From Rebecca billardiae RCC1528 (Eukaryota > Protista > Haptophyta), in assembly GCA_965240325.2 (NCBI GenBank), contig OZ251229.1, positions 2,666,001 to 2,730,000 of the forward strand: DNA of 64,000 bases, in the 5' to 3' direction. Below, piece by piece: positions 33,139 to 45,654 of this stretch (position 1 is the stretch's first letter; every line of letters begins with the position of its first letter). A model generated the notes under the pieces. It was not told where the DNA came from. It ran no database searches and worked only from the letters and a program-made list of their open reading frames with translations. Made by a program: the position numbers and the translations under genes.

Positions 33139-34363
33139 TGGCCCGCGGTGCAGGGCGGAGCGCGCAGCGTGGAGCCCGCAGTGCGGGCCCGAACCACGTT
33201 TCAAAAAGATCTTTGATCAAAGAAAAAAGGGCCCGGGGCCGGGGCGATTTTCAGGGAGGTGGAGGCCGAGTTTCGATTTTTTGAGACCGCATAGAGACGT
33301 TCATTCGGCGAGAAAAGACCGCGCCCACGATATTCCCTAAGTAAAGTGCGATCTGCGTGTGAGCCGGACGTGACTTTAACGTAACGGTTCGTTACGAGCG
33401 AATCGTATTCGTCGTCCCGGATCGCGTGACGTCCGGACTGGCCACATCCGGATCGGAGGTGACTGACGTGCCCGGCGCACGATGGCGGACGATGGGACCA
33501 ACCCCTGGCTGCGAGCGCGCCTGCACGTGCCTCCGGACCCGCCTCCCGCTTGCTGCTCACGCAGTCAGCTGCGACCGTGGCGCATGATCGCAGAAGCAGT
33601 GCCGGCAGTAGCTTACGGCCTGCATCAGCTAGTGCCGCGCCGTCGTGGCGCGCGCGGTAGTTGCGTTTGTTTGCAGCCGGCTCGGCGACGCCGGGCGACG
33701 GCACGCGCGTGCGGCTCAGGTGTGTCAAATGCGGTCTCGTCGGCGCGCTTTCGCCTGCCACCTCGTGCACCCGTGCCGCCAGCTTCATCGTCTTCATGAG
33801 GACTACTGCTGCTGTCGCCATCCGCTCTCCATCACCCCGAGTCGCGCGGCGCGCGCGGTAGCAGGGCGTACGGTCACTCCCCCGTGCAACAGGTCAAGTG
33901 GCCAGAGTACGTCTGGTCGTCGTTGGCTGGCACGGGCCGCAGCGCTAATAAAGCACCCTGCTGTCACACCCGACTCCTTCAGTACTCCGAGCTCCGCGGC
34001 ACGACTCACTCGGCACGATCGCGGACGGGTCGGATCCGAGCTGATCAGCCAGTTGGACAAGTTTGTCATTCAGCAGTGGCATCAGCTAGTTGTCACGGAC
34101 GGACGTCCGATTTGACGGGTGCCGGGTGCGGTCTCAGGTCCGCTGCTGTGATTGTGTGAAGTGTGAACGAGTCTCGCGGGATCGCAGGCAGGGCGACGGT
34201 CGGACTAATAGTTAGACTGTACTCTTCAGTCATCTCATGAACCGACTTCAACTGACAACTGGCGAACTGCCGCACTGCTACGGCACAGAGCCGCGATTGC
34301 ACGGCCACCGCGGGCCCCCAACTGCGTTGATTCTATGCAGAAAAGGACCGCGGAACGCGGTCA
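33139..34363 (+). mobile_element. Family A copy 4
   Basis: Same 5' terminus, CACCGCGGGCC at 34306-34316 and 3' hairpin; unique interior. Confidence 0.72.
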
Positions 34364-35130
34364 TTATAATTAAATACGCGCGAAGGCCAGAATGATGCGC
34401 GCTAATACGGGACTGAAATTGAATCAGGACACGGCATAGGAGTTACTACGGCCTAATAATAATAGTATTAGTATTACGACGATACATCAATATAATAATT
34501 TTAATAATATATAGAATATATATATATATATTACATTATCAGGCGGCCACCATTCAACTATTAATGGTATTATAATTAATTAATTAATATGCTCATCGGC
34601 ATTATTAATTATAATATATATTAATTATAAGTTACATGCCATATATATATATTCTATACAATCTAGACTTACTACCACTCGTCGGATCAGGCCGGACGAC
34701 GTGCGCGCGCGCGCGTGTCCCACCCACTCGGACCAGTCGGGCAGTCCGTCGCCGTCAGCGCGCTGCTGAACTCATCAGATTCATTCAGAACTGCCCGCCG
34801 ACTGGCCCGTCGGACACGGAGTCGGAACACGCCACACCGCACACGGCGCGCGCAGCAGGCGCGCGCAGCACTCGTGGCAGCCGCACAACACAGCAGCTGT
34901 CAGGCTGCCAGTAAAGGCGTTCTGCTGGGTCTGGTATGCGAGCGCGTTGGCGACCGAGCCCAAACAGCGGATGCCGCCCGACTGATGACGCCCAACACTG
35001 ACCGACCGACGGCGCTGCGACAGATCACTCCGCCGCGGTGCCGTCCTCGCGCGCGACAATGACGCCCGCTGCCGCCACCCAGCTCGCCGAGCAACGGAGC
35101 ATCGGGTGGCTGCAGCCGCCGACCGGCTGA

Positions 35131-38100
35131 TCAGAAGAGCGCCTTGACCTCGTGCCTGAAGAGCGTCAGATTCGTCGTGATCTTATCGCGGTTTTTCGAC
35201 TCGAGGTTGCACTGTACGTCGGCCATCAGCTTTTGGAACGCGCTTGCCACCTTTGCCTGCCGCTCGGGTGTGCCCGACTGCTGAGAGATCAGCTGCGCGC
35301 GCGCAGAAGCGGCGGGCGGCGGGTGGCGGGTGGCGCGGTGAGAGGCCGGCCGCTGCTCGCGCGGCCAGGCAGAGGGCGCGCCCGCGCGGCACGGCAGCCC
35401 CGCGCGTGCTCTCGAGACGGGGGAGCGCGCGCGCGTGCGCCAGAGCCGAGCGGCGGCACGGCGCGGACGGGCGGTGCGGCGCGGCGCGTGCGGGCGCGCG
35501 CGCGCACACCTGATCCTGCCACTGCTTGAAGAACGACTCGTTGATCAGGATGAGCGGCAGCAGCGGGCGCGAGAGGCTCCACTGGTTGGCGCACTCCTCG
35601 AACACGATGATCTGTAGCAACGTGCTCAGCAGCCCCTGGAACATGCCCGGCTCGGCAGCCAGGTGCGCGTTCAGCATCCGACCCGGTTCTGTCCTCTCGC
35701 CGTCGGGCGCGTGGGTGAAATGGTAAATCGCAAGGTTCTCGATGGCGGCCGCGCACTGCGAGGAGATCGAGACGTCGTGCGATTTGAGGCCCTCCTGCGC
35801 GGCGGCGGCGGCGGCGGCGTCCACGCGCACGCCGCGCGCGCGCGTCGCCGCGCGTCAGTCGCGGCGCGTCACGGCGCGGCGCGCGGCCGCGGCGCGGCGC
35901 GCTCGGGCGCGGCGCGGCGCGGCCGGCCGCCAGCCGGCGCGGCGCGCACGCGCGCGGCGCGCGCGCGCACCTGCAGCGTGTTGGCGATGTGCACGAGCAC
36001 GCGCGTGTCGAGCTTGACCATCGTGGCCGTGTGGTTCCGCATCAGGCACTCGATCAGCGTGAAGTACGTCTTCGCCACTTTGGGGAACGACATCATCTCC
36101 GAGAGCTGCATGGAGAGGCACAGCTGGATGGCCACCTCGAGCACATCGGACAGCGCCTTGTCGCCATACAGAGCAAACACGCCGAAGTTGACGTAATTGC
36201 CCGAGAGCGCGCGCTGCAGGGTGAGCAGCGCGATGCCGATCCCCTTGTACTTGCTCTCGTACGGGTTCGAGCCGGGCGCCGGCTCGTACGTCAGGATGTT
36301 CGTGCCGAAGACGCAGATCAGCGAGGAAGTTTCGCGGAAGAGGAGAATCCCGTTGGGCGAGGAGGAATCAAACGTGAGCCGCTGCGCCTTGTTGTACACG
36401 ACCTCGGCCATCAGCTTGAGCAGCGGCGTCGTCACGGCGGGCGTGTGGTACCATCGCATCGCCACCTCGCGCAGCAGCGGCGTGTACGCCGGGTAGATCA
36501 GGTCGAAGAACAGCGAGTACGTCCGCCTGTTGTGGCACGCGGAGCACACGCCTCGCAGATCCCGCAGCGTGCCTGCGCGCGGCGCGCGGCGGGCGCAGCG
36601 CGCGCGGCGCGCGCAAGCGGGCGGGCGGGCGAGGGCGAGGGCGCGCGCGGCGCGTGGGCGGCTCAGCAGAGCGCGGCGCGCACGCGCTCGGCGCCGCCGC
36701 GCGCGCCGCCGCGCACCGATCAGCAGCCGCCTGACGACCTCGCTCGAAAAGTATTCGGGCTGCTGCGCCGCGTCGCACAGCTGGTCGAGCGCGTCCCGGA
36801 TCGGCTGCATGAACTGGGCGAACTGCGCGGGCTGCTCGGACTCGGAGAAGAGGAGCTTGCACAGCATCCCCTGGAACGCCGTGCGGTGCCGCCCGTTCGC
36901 CGGCAGGTCGAGGAACGGGAACTCGGCCGCGGTGTGCGTGCGCAGTATCGAGGGAACCACGTCCAGCTTGAGCAGGAGCTTGCCCGACGAGTAGCCGCCC
37001 GTCAGCTCGGAGAAGAGGGCGAGCGTCTTGTTGGTGAGCTCGGCGGACTCGTGGCGGTACTTGAGGTGGCCGGTGATCTTCTGCATCAGCAGCGTGAGCA
37101 CCGCCAGGTGGTCGCTCAGCATCAGCCGCTCGGTGAGGTACTTGTACACCTTGGACGACGAGGTCGCCTGGTCGCCGATGTACACTTTCCGGAACTGTCC
37201 GAAAAAGTACAGCATCGCTAGTTCGAGCTGCTGGTTGGTGCGGTGGCCCATGCGCTCGCCCGCGCTGGCGTTCGAGTCGGTGAGCATGGCGAGCTGGAAC
37301 ACCCGCCCCGACAGCTCGCCGTCGATCAGCTGCTGCGCCTCCGGGTTGGAGCACGGCGTGAGATGCGAGCCGAGGATCGCGCCGGTCACATACACGAGCC
37401 ACGCGAGTTCCGCCTCGCACTGCGCGAGCCGCATCGGCGTGTCGGAGGAGAGGCGCTCGGCCTGCGGCAGCGCGAGGAGCTGCTGGTAGGCCTGCGCGAC
37501 CGGGTCGAACAGGCTCACGATGTACTCGCTCGCCTGCGTCAGCTGGAAGCGGCACAGCGACGGCAGCGAGTCGAGCTGCTCTGTCAGCTGCTCCTCGTCA
37601 CCGAGAGGGTCGTCGCTCGGCTCAGACGACGAGAGCGCGGCGCGGATGCACTCGATGCGCGAGAGGATGAAGGCGCGCGTGACCTGCGGCACGTACTTCT
37701 CCAGGTTGGACGACGCGTCGCCCTTCAGGTACGGGATCGACGCCACCAGCCGCGCCCACAGGCTGAGCAGGTAGTACACCGAGTTGGCCGCCCACTGCCA
37801 GTGCTGGAAGGAGTCGACCGTGAACGCCGCGACCAGCTCGATCCACTCCTCGTACATCTCGGCGACGACGAGCTCGCCGAGCTGGTAGTTCGCCTTGATC
37901 CGCGCGAGCAGCCGGCACAGCTCGTGGTAGTTCTCGTGCGCGCGCAGCCCCGACTGCGTCTGCAGCACCTTGAGCACGCCGCCGAGCAGCCTGTGCAAGA
38001 AGAGGCCGCGCTGCGCCTCGGACGAGAAGATCGAGCGGCGCAGCGAGGCGAGCTGGACGAGGCACTCGAGCGCGGTGGAGGAGAGCGGCGGCTGCGAGGC

Positions 38101-38901
38101 GAGGTAGACGTCCCAGAACAGCTGCATCGTCGCGGGCTCCTCCATCAGCCCGCGCCACGACGACGGCACCTGGATCGTGCCCAGCTCCTCAGACGCCTCG
38201 TCGAGCGTCGTGCCAATAAAGTCGTACGAGAGGCAAAGCAGGCCGAGCTGCAGCGCGAGCTCGCGGAGCTTGAGCGTGTCCGCGTCGTCGGCGGAGAACG
38301 AGCCCGTGTGCAGCGAGCGCAGCGTCGTGAGCGACAGCTGGAAGATCTGCAGCAGCGCGAGGTCGCGGAACGACGACGCAGTCTTGCGGTGCTGCGTGAG
38401 CGATCGGCCCTGCGCCGGCAGGTTCATCTCGGAGACGAGCTGCGCGAGCAGCGAGAGGCCGATGATGCAGTGCTTGGGCGAGGCGTGCAGGAACTGCGAC
38501 ACCTCCTCCGTCACCTTCTGGTGGCACGGGTCCTCGAACCAGCCCATCTTGGTGATCTTGCACAGCAGCTGCACGAGCGACGACGTCACAAACGGCGCCA
38601 CCTTCGGCCCCGAGTTGGCGAGGTAGCCGAGCACCCAGTTGCGCATGTCGGTGCGCTGCTGTGACGTGGAGTTGTTCCAGTTCTGCGTCACCAGCTTGCG
38701 CAGCGCGTTCGCCGCGACCAGCTGCGCGTACGGCACGCTCGAGTTGTCGAGCACGTACTGGCACTGCGGGATGTAATCAGCCGACGACGAGAGCTGCACC
38801 AGCGAGTGCTCGGCCTGCTGGCGCTCCTCGGCGTTAGGCGAGTTGTACAGCTGGTTCGCGAGCGCCTCCACGCGATACAGCGCCTGCTGCGGGTCCTCCA
38901 T
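35131..38901 (-). CDS. XPO7: Exportin-7 / RanBP16-like importin-beta family protein; exons 38901-36717, 36572-35971, 35794-35510, 35292-35131
   Basis: CLSYDFIGTTLDEASEELGTIQVPSSW, HENYHELCRLLARIK, QRLTFDSSSPNGILLFRE, SGNYVNFGVFALYGD and NQWSLSRPLLPLIL are conserved XPO7 blocks; three GT-AG introns. Confidence 0.95.
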
Positions 38902-39032
38902 CGGCGCGGCGCGCGCCCCGGCGCGCTTCCGCCGCCCGCCGCCGCCTCGCTGAGCGCAGTCAGCTCCGCGGCCACGGCAGACGTACACGCCTGACGAAGC
39001 CCACCGTCGGAGGCGCCCGACTTCTTTTCAGC

Positions 39033-40298
39033 ATGGCCGGCTCGGCGGACGATGGCGGCGGGCTTGGCGGCGGGCACGCGCGAGAAGTGGCGGTGGAGCT
39101 GGACCGGCTGCTCCTCGCCATCGGCGAGCTGTACGTAGCCGCCGCGCGCCATCTCGCCGCGGTCGAGGGCGCGTGCGACGACGGCGCGCGCGCGCTCCAC
39201 TCGCTGCGCGCCGCGCTCGACGAGCCGCCAGCGGCGCTCGAGCACCTCGCGCTCGGCGGGCCGTCCGGCGCGAGGTCCGCACCGGCCGGCCGACCGGCGG
39301 CCTCGACGACGAAGCCGGGGGCGGCGGCGCCGCCGCCCGCACCGGCGGCGGTGCTGCACGCGCGCAAGCGGCTGCAGCTGCTGTACGCCGCGCTCGCCAA
39401 GCACGCCGCCGAGCACGGCGCGTCTGCCGCGCAGCCGCTCGGCGCCGAGGGCGCGTGTGCCGAGGAGGGCGCGTTCCTCGAGGCCATCGGCGGCTCCGGC
39501 CGCGGCGAGACCGTGCATGCCGCCGCGCACCTCGCCGACGCCGCGGACGACCACTCGTACGGCGCGCTCTGCGCGGACCTCGCCGCCGCCCTCGAGCTGC
39601 ACCGCACGCTGCGCACGCGCGTCGTCGCCGCGCTGGGCGCCGCTCGGGCTGAGGCCGAGCCGCCGCTGTCCGCGGCCGAGCGCGGGGCGCTCGCGCGCGC
39701 GTGCGCGCAGCTGCTGCTCGAGCAGCAGCGCGAGACGGCCGCGCCTGACGCGCGCGCTCGGCTCGAGCGGCTGGCGGGCCAGGCAGAGGCGCACGCATCC
39801 CGCTGCCTGGCGGCGCTGCGGCCGCCGCGGCCGGCGCCCGCGCACGACAGGACGCGCGCACACGAGGCCTCGGCGTCGGGCGCGGGGCCGGTGGCGGAGG
39901 ACTGCGCCGCCACGTGCTGGTGGCTCCCGGCCCGCGCGCTGGACGGCGCCGTCCTGCATGCCGACGCGGCGCGCCCGCCCGCGCCCGCGACGCGCACACT
40001 CTACCGCAGCCGGCAGCAGCTCGAGGCGGTCGCACGCGCGCGTCTGAACGCGCAGGCGAGCGCGGCCGCCATGCACGTCGAGCGGCGCGCGCGCGACGCG
40101 CTGTTCCCGATGCTGCGCCGCATGCTCGCGCAGAGCCAGCGCGGCGCGCGAGCGCCCTTCTGCGCGCTCTTCCGACTCGCTCACAGCGTGCTGTGCACTG
40201 GCGGACGAAGGCTGGTGGTCTTCATCTCGCGTGGCGAGATCGATGCCGGCGCCGCCGCCGGCTCGACGACTGCACTCATGGATCCATCTAGTGCGTAG
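39033..40298 (+). CDS. Hypothetical Ala-rich helical protein, head-to-head with XPO7
   Basis: 421-aa ORF with GC3 bias; ATG 131 bp from the XPO7 ATG. Confidence 0.6.
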   Translation: MAGSADDGGGLGGGHAREVAVELDRLLLAIGELYVAAARHLAAVEGACDDGARALHSLRAALDEPPAALEHLALGGPSGARSAPAGRPAASTTKPGAAAPPPAPAAVLHARKRLQLLYAALAKHAAEHGASAAQPLGAEGACAEEGAFLEAIGGSGRGETVHAAAHLADAADDHSYGALCADLAAALELHRTLRTRVVAALGAARAEAEPPLSAAERGALARACAQLLLEQQRETAAPDARARLERLAGQAEAHASRCLAALRPPRPAPAHDRTRAHEASASGAGPVAEDCAATCWWLPARALDGAVLHADAARPPAPATRTLYRSRQQLEAVARARLNAQASAAAMHVERRARDALFPMLRRMLAQSQRGARAPFCALFRLAHSVLCTGGRRLVVFISRGEIDAGAAAGSTTALMDPSSA

Positions 40299-40422
40299 GG
40301 TTCTCAAGCTGGTTGCGTGCTGCCCGCGCGCGCGACCGTTGAAGTGCTGCTCGTCTGTGACAGCAGCCGGGGCCGAGCAACGTACTCTGCTCGCTGATGA
40401 TCGTCATATCGATATATGAATA

Positions 40423-41967
40423 TGACCGCGTTCCGCGGTCCTCTTCCGTCAGAACCAACGTAGTTGGGGGCCCGCGGTGCAGCTGTGCCACCCGCTCCGT
40501 CACCGCCACGGCACGGCGTCGCCCGTCGCATATGCCACCTCGCTGCATCAGTCGCGCGGACTCATCCACTCGCCGCTGGCCGCGCAGATCTGAGCCTGTG
40601 GGCTTTCGTGTCAGGCAGTCAGGCATCCGTCGTGCCCATCAGCGCCCGTCAGAGAGCTGGCTCTCAGTCACTGAGTGAGTGAGAGCCGCCGCTCTAACAG
40701 CGCGCGGTCCGAGCTCGCGCGCCAAACGCCCGCCCATGCGCCAGTCAAGCCGTCGAGACTCGAGACAGCTCGGATGCGGCGGACGAGAGCAAAATCCATC
40801 ACAGCTCGGCCATGGACGGCGCGAGCGAGGGCTTGGGCGAGCGAGATGGCCGTGGTGGCTGCTCCACATCCCGACAAAACGTCCATCAGGCGAAGGCTCC
40901 GCACTGCAGATCAGGCTCGGCGCCAGACGGCTGAGCCGGAACGTCCTCGCGAGGCCCCGCGCTTCAACACGCCGAGAATTCAGCTGCGCGGCGTGCGGCG
41001 TGGCGCGCGCGGGCGCGCGCATGGTCAGCTGGAAACACAGCGAGAAACTCGCCTCGCCCCCACGCGCCACGCGCATTCGCACCCATAATATCACACGCGA
41101 GGAGCATCGTCCGATGAGTGAAGCTACTCGGCAGCTTCATTGGCACCGGTGAGTCAGCTCACGGCTGCGCAGTCAATAAACGATGAACTCGAGGGACACC
41201 CCATGCTGCTGTCACCTGCGGAGTAGGCCTGGATTCACGCGTTAGGATGCCCCGCGGTCTCCTCCTCGTACCGTCGTCGCCGACCGCTCTCCGCGCGCGG
41301 GCGTTGACATCGATTCGTCGGTCCGCCGGTCGTGCTCGGTTGGACTACCGCACTGACTGGGCCGAAGAGGGATCGGCAGGGCGGGGCGCGCGGGGTGAGC
41401 GGCCGGCACGAAAGCGACGCCGATGACCGTCGGGACCCGCCGCAGCCGCGCGCACCTGCGCTGAGTCCGTCGGATTGAACGCCTCGTGCGCAGCGCCGCC
41501 GGCGCGAGGCACCCCTCGGCTTGCTGAGTGAGCCCTTCTCAGCGGGCTCAAACCTACCGACCCGGTCGGGATCCGGCACAGGCGACGGGCGGCCAGGGAG
41601 ATAGTATATGAAGATTGCGTTGTGGTGGCGCGACGATCAACATTTGATCATCAAACGTCGTCGCTCCTTGAATATCATTGGCCGAAAAATTCGCTTGTAA
41701 CGGTTCGTTACGTTAGGGATCCTAAAGGGCGTGAAGTTTTTTGGACGGGCGTCACTCCACGCTTTACTATGAACTTGCCGTGGGCGCGACCTTTTTCGAC
41801 GCTAATGCACCTGTAAGGGCGGAGTCTCAAAATTCGAAACTCGGTCTCCTCCAGCCATGAAAATCGTCCCCCGTCCCTTTTTTCTTGATCAAAGATCTTT
41901 TTGAAACGTTGTTCGGGCCCGCTGGTGCGGGCTCCACGCTGCGCGCTCCGCCCTGCACCGCGGGCCA
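40423..41967 (-). mobile_element. Family A copy 5 (reverse orientation)
   Basis: Reverse complement of the family A 5' end at 41967 and of the hairpin at 40423-40441; the 5' ~300 bp is nearly identical to copy 3. Confidence 0.75.
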
Positions 41968-42154
41968 TCATACTGCAATCGGCTGAGCGACGGCTGACGA
42001 CGATGACCCTGATGCCAGGCTCAGGCTCGAGGCTGCCTGCGCATGATATCGTCCATCATAGAGTCAGTAGAGTAGAGGCGACAGAGAGCCAGAGAGAGAG
42101 TCAGAGAGTCTCGATCGGACGAGAGAGATGACAGGAGTGATGAGGTGAGAGAGA

Positions 42155-44107
42155 CTAGGTGGGTCCCTCCCAACTGGGGCGATGTTCTGGCGCACTCAGA
42201 ATGGCGTCCTAGATTTCGTCTCTCACCCAGAATCGACGCTATAAATGCGTCCCATCGGGGCGGAGCAAAAGTTTCGACCTCAAAACCTACTCCGCGTGCC
42301 GTCGCGCGGCCGAGCGCGCGCGCGCCGCGCCACTAGTGTCACATAGAGATTTTGCGAAGCGTTACTTGATGGTTATGGTGGCTAGATGGCGACATGCGAT
42401 CGGAACGACTTATTGGCAACCGTTGACACCCGACCGAACCATTTTATGAAGCAAAGAGTGGGGCTCTATGCTGTGCGCGGATACCTCCAACAAACTACAG
42501 CAAGATCGAGCAGATTACCCACTTTGTATATAGCCAATTACCCGTATATAGAACGACGGTTACCCACTTTATATTGACCGTGGATGTGGCTCACTATATA
42601 TTCAAATTCGTTCCGATATGTGGGTACGTTTGTTGGGTCATCGAATAGGCGCCGAGCGACGCGGACACAGGCAAACCGGGCCGCAACCGGACTGCCTGCG
42701 AGTGGCAGTGTTTGTGGCGGGCTGCGTGCCGAGGCACGCATCATCGCCCGCCACCGAGCATGCCACCGTCGTCACACGGGAGCCCTCCGCCGTCGAGGCT
42801 GGACTATCAGCCAACGCCACCGCCGGAGCTTGCCGCGCTCGGCGGCTTCCGTGCTCGTACTCCGCGTGTCACCGGTCGTCGTATGCCCACCCGCGTGAGG
42901 CCGCCACCAGTCCACGACTACCGCAGCTGCAGCCCATGCCGTCGACGATACCTCCTACAATCTTCTTGCCAGGCAGCAATACGATAGGTTCACCGACGCT
43001 GCTGCTAGGCTGAGAGCACTCAGCCAGTTGGCCGGCGAGACGTCAGATGGTTGAGCTGCTGGCCTAGCCATCACGTTGCGGCTTCCGCTCGCTCAAGTAC
43101 ACCCAACGTGACGACGAGAACGTGCTGGGCAATCATCAGACATGCGTCTGAGGGGTCTACCACGCCTAGCCGTAGATTTGCTGAGTACGAGTCTTCGCAG
43201 ATAACAAGCGGAACGAGTGGGACCACCCGATGGCAGGAGCAACAGCGTGGGGTGGCACCCGCGCCTGTCAACGCGACCGCGTTCTGTCAAGAATGGACCC
43301 ATATCCTGCGACCACGCTCGAGCACCGCATATTATGCCCACACTCGGCATAGGGAAGGATCGCTGAGCGCCTGCTGCCGCTGTCAAAGGCCCTGCTGATC
43401 TTCCTGGCGCTTGATCGTGCACACGGATGGCAAGTCAGCGTGCTCGATGCACATCGCGGCGGCTTCTCAGCATCCCAAGTCCTCAGTGCACCCATCCCAG
43501 GCCTGCTGGTCGATGATTGGTACCAACCCCCACCAAACACGCCCTCTCGGAAGTCGCCAATCGCTCACATGGCTCCCCGAGAGCCCGGGGCTGGCTGTCG
43601 TGCGTTCTCACGAGCAGCTTGCGCGCAGCCCAATTGTCACCTTCACGGTGCGTAGAGCTGCTCAAGATGGCGGGAGCGTCAAGAGTATGCACATGCCTGA
43701 TGGTGACCCATGCCTCCCGTCGCCTGACCCGCCTGTAGCGAAAAGTGACCCTGCTCGAAGGCACGGGTCGAACACCTGCCGATCGATTCAAGTTGTCTGT
43801 ACGCGTCTAGCCGGGCGAGAGTCAAACATGCGGGCACGTGCCAGGCGGGGGATGTGTGACCACGGATCCCATCCGTGAGCACGCGCAAAGCGCTGGAGCG
43901 CGCGATAGGTGTTGGCAGTAGTCTACCCGACACACGGCGGCTCGGTCGCGCTGGAGAGGCACTCCGACATCGTCGGGAGCGTTCAGATCGGACCTCGGCC
44001 GGCGGCCCGGCGATTTTCCCGAGCCGCGCCCCGCGCGAAAGAAATCCGGCCAGAGAACCCGGTAAATGTTTAAAAGACCGCTGGAAAATCGCCAGGGACC
44101 CACCTAG
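42155..44107. mobile_element. Unclassified TIR DNA element inserted in a GA-rich tract
   Basis: CTAGGTGGGTCCCT (42155-42168) and AGGGACCCACCTAG (44094-44107), with an imperfect extension (GGCGATGTTCTGGCG vs GGCGATTTTCCAGCG); no intact ORF. Confidence 0.65.
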
Positions 44108-44394
44108 AGAGACGAGAGAGAGACTACGACTATTGCTAAGAGCATGCAGTCAGAGAGATATTCATATATATATATAGAATTCCTGCAATTGCATGCTGTC
44201 GCTGATCGTCCGAGCAGATTTTTTATTGTCTGCATGTAGATGAGTCAATAAATATGACGACGAATAATAATAATAATATATATGATATATGATATATTAT
44301 CAGTGTCGATATCGCCGCCCGGATATATAGATTTTTTTAAATAATATTGCAGCTTGTCGCAGCGCATTTACGAAAACCTCTGCTCACTACTTGA

Positions 44395-45654
44395 TCAGGC
44401 AAGGAACGCGTTGATCCCTGTCGCTCCAAACAGCATGTCCTCCATGGAGAAGCTCTCCGTCGGGGGGACATCGACCCTGCCGTAGACGTCGTCCGGCTGC
44501 GCTGTCCTCGTGGCGCAGGCCCCAGGCGGCTCGTCGTCGGCGTCACTCGCGTCGTCATCGTCAGACACCTCGTCGTCCGCCATGGGCTCCGCGGGGTGCT
44601 CCGACCGAGTCGGGCCGCGGGCAGGAATCTCCGAGTCCGCCGGCAGTGAGCGCGTAGTATTCAGGAGCGTGGCGAACCCGAGCTCGTCTGCAGCGGTAGA
44701 GTCGCCGTTCAGCACGACGCCCTCGAGCGACGCTGGCGAGTGGCCCGCTTGCTTGCAGTGGCGCATGAGCGTGGCGCGGGAGCGCAGGTGCCGGCCGCAT
44801 GACGCGCACGGGAATGCACGGCCGCATTCCTTCATGTGCGTCGTGAGGTCCTCCTTCATGGCGTACGACTTGTCCTCGCAGCGCGAGCACACGTAGCGCC
44901 TCGGACCGGTGTAGTGGCGGCGCATGAAGTGCTTCTTCGCCTGGTACTTGGTCCGGAACGTGCTCTTGCACTCTGAGCACGGCGTGGGCTCGTCCCAGCG
45001 CGTGTTCGAGTGGAACCTCCGGGGCGCGGGTGGCGAAGGGACGGGCCGGCTGCCCGCGCCCGTCGCGCCACTCGCGACGACAAGTGGCGCGCCCGCGGGC
45101 ACGCCATGGGCGGCGGGCAATGAGCCGGCCGGCACGCCGGGTGGAGCACGTCGCTCGCTGGCCGGCATGCCGATTGCAGCACGCAGCGTATCGGCCGGCA
45201 GGCCGGCTGCCGCACTGAGCGCGCAGGCCGGCACGGCGTGCGCGAGACGTTGCGCGCCGGCTGGCACGATGGGCGCGCCGCGCAGCGCGTCCGCCGGCAC
45301 GCCGGCTGCGGCACGCAGCGCGTCCGCCGGCACGCCGGGCGCGAACTGTGGCGCACGGGGCAGCAGTGCCGCTCTCATCTGGTTGGCCATCGGCGCGACG
45401 GCGGGCGTCCAGGGTGCGGTGGCAAGAGCGCCCAGGCCGTGACTGTGCCGAGGAGGTGCAGACGCGTCCCACTCCGAGAAGAAGGACAGATCGATGGAGG
45501 AGCCGACTGTCGGCGGGCTGGGCCGCTGGATGAGGGCGGCCAGCGGGTTCGCGCGTTGCTGTGCCCTCGCCGCCTCGGCTAGAGCCAACTGCGCGAGCCG
45601 CGAGTGCCAGTCCTCGACGGCGTTGCGGGTGAGGGCGGGTGCGCTCGAGGTCAT
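44395..45654 (-). CDS. C2H2/C2HC zinc-finger protein (STOP1/WIP/ATMIN-like finger array)
   Basis: CSECKSTFRTKYQAKKHFMRRH - YVCSRCEDKSYAMKEDLTTHMKECG - FPCASCGRHLRSRATLMRHCKQAGH; 11-aa GVPADALRAAA repeats upstream; acidic tail. Confidence 0.85.
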   Translation of the reverse strand: MTSSAPALTRNAVEDWHSRLAQLALAEAARAQQRANPLAALIQRPSPPTVGSSIDLSFFSEWDASAPPRHSHGLGALATAPWTPAVAPMANQMRAALLPRAPQFAPGVPADALRAAAGVPADALRGAPIVPAGAQRLAHAVPACALSAAAGLPADTLRAAIGMPASERRAPPGVPAGSLPAAHGVPAGAPLVVASGATGAGSRPVPSPPAPRRFHSNTRWDEPTPCSECKSTFRTKYQAKKHFMRRHYTGPRRYVCSRCEDKSYAMKEDLTTHMKECGRAFPCASCGRHLRSRATLMRHCKQAGHSPASLEGVVLNGDSTAADELGFATLLNTTRSLPADSEIPARGPTRSEHPAEPMADDEVSDDDDASDADDEPPGACATRTAQPDDVYGRVDVPPTESFSMEDMLFGATGINAFLA

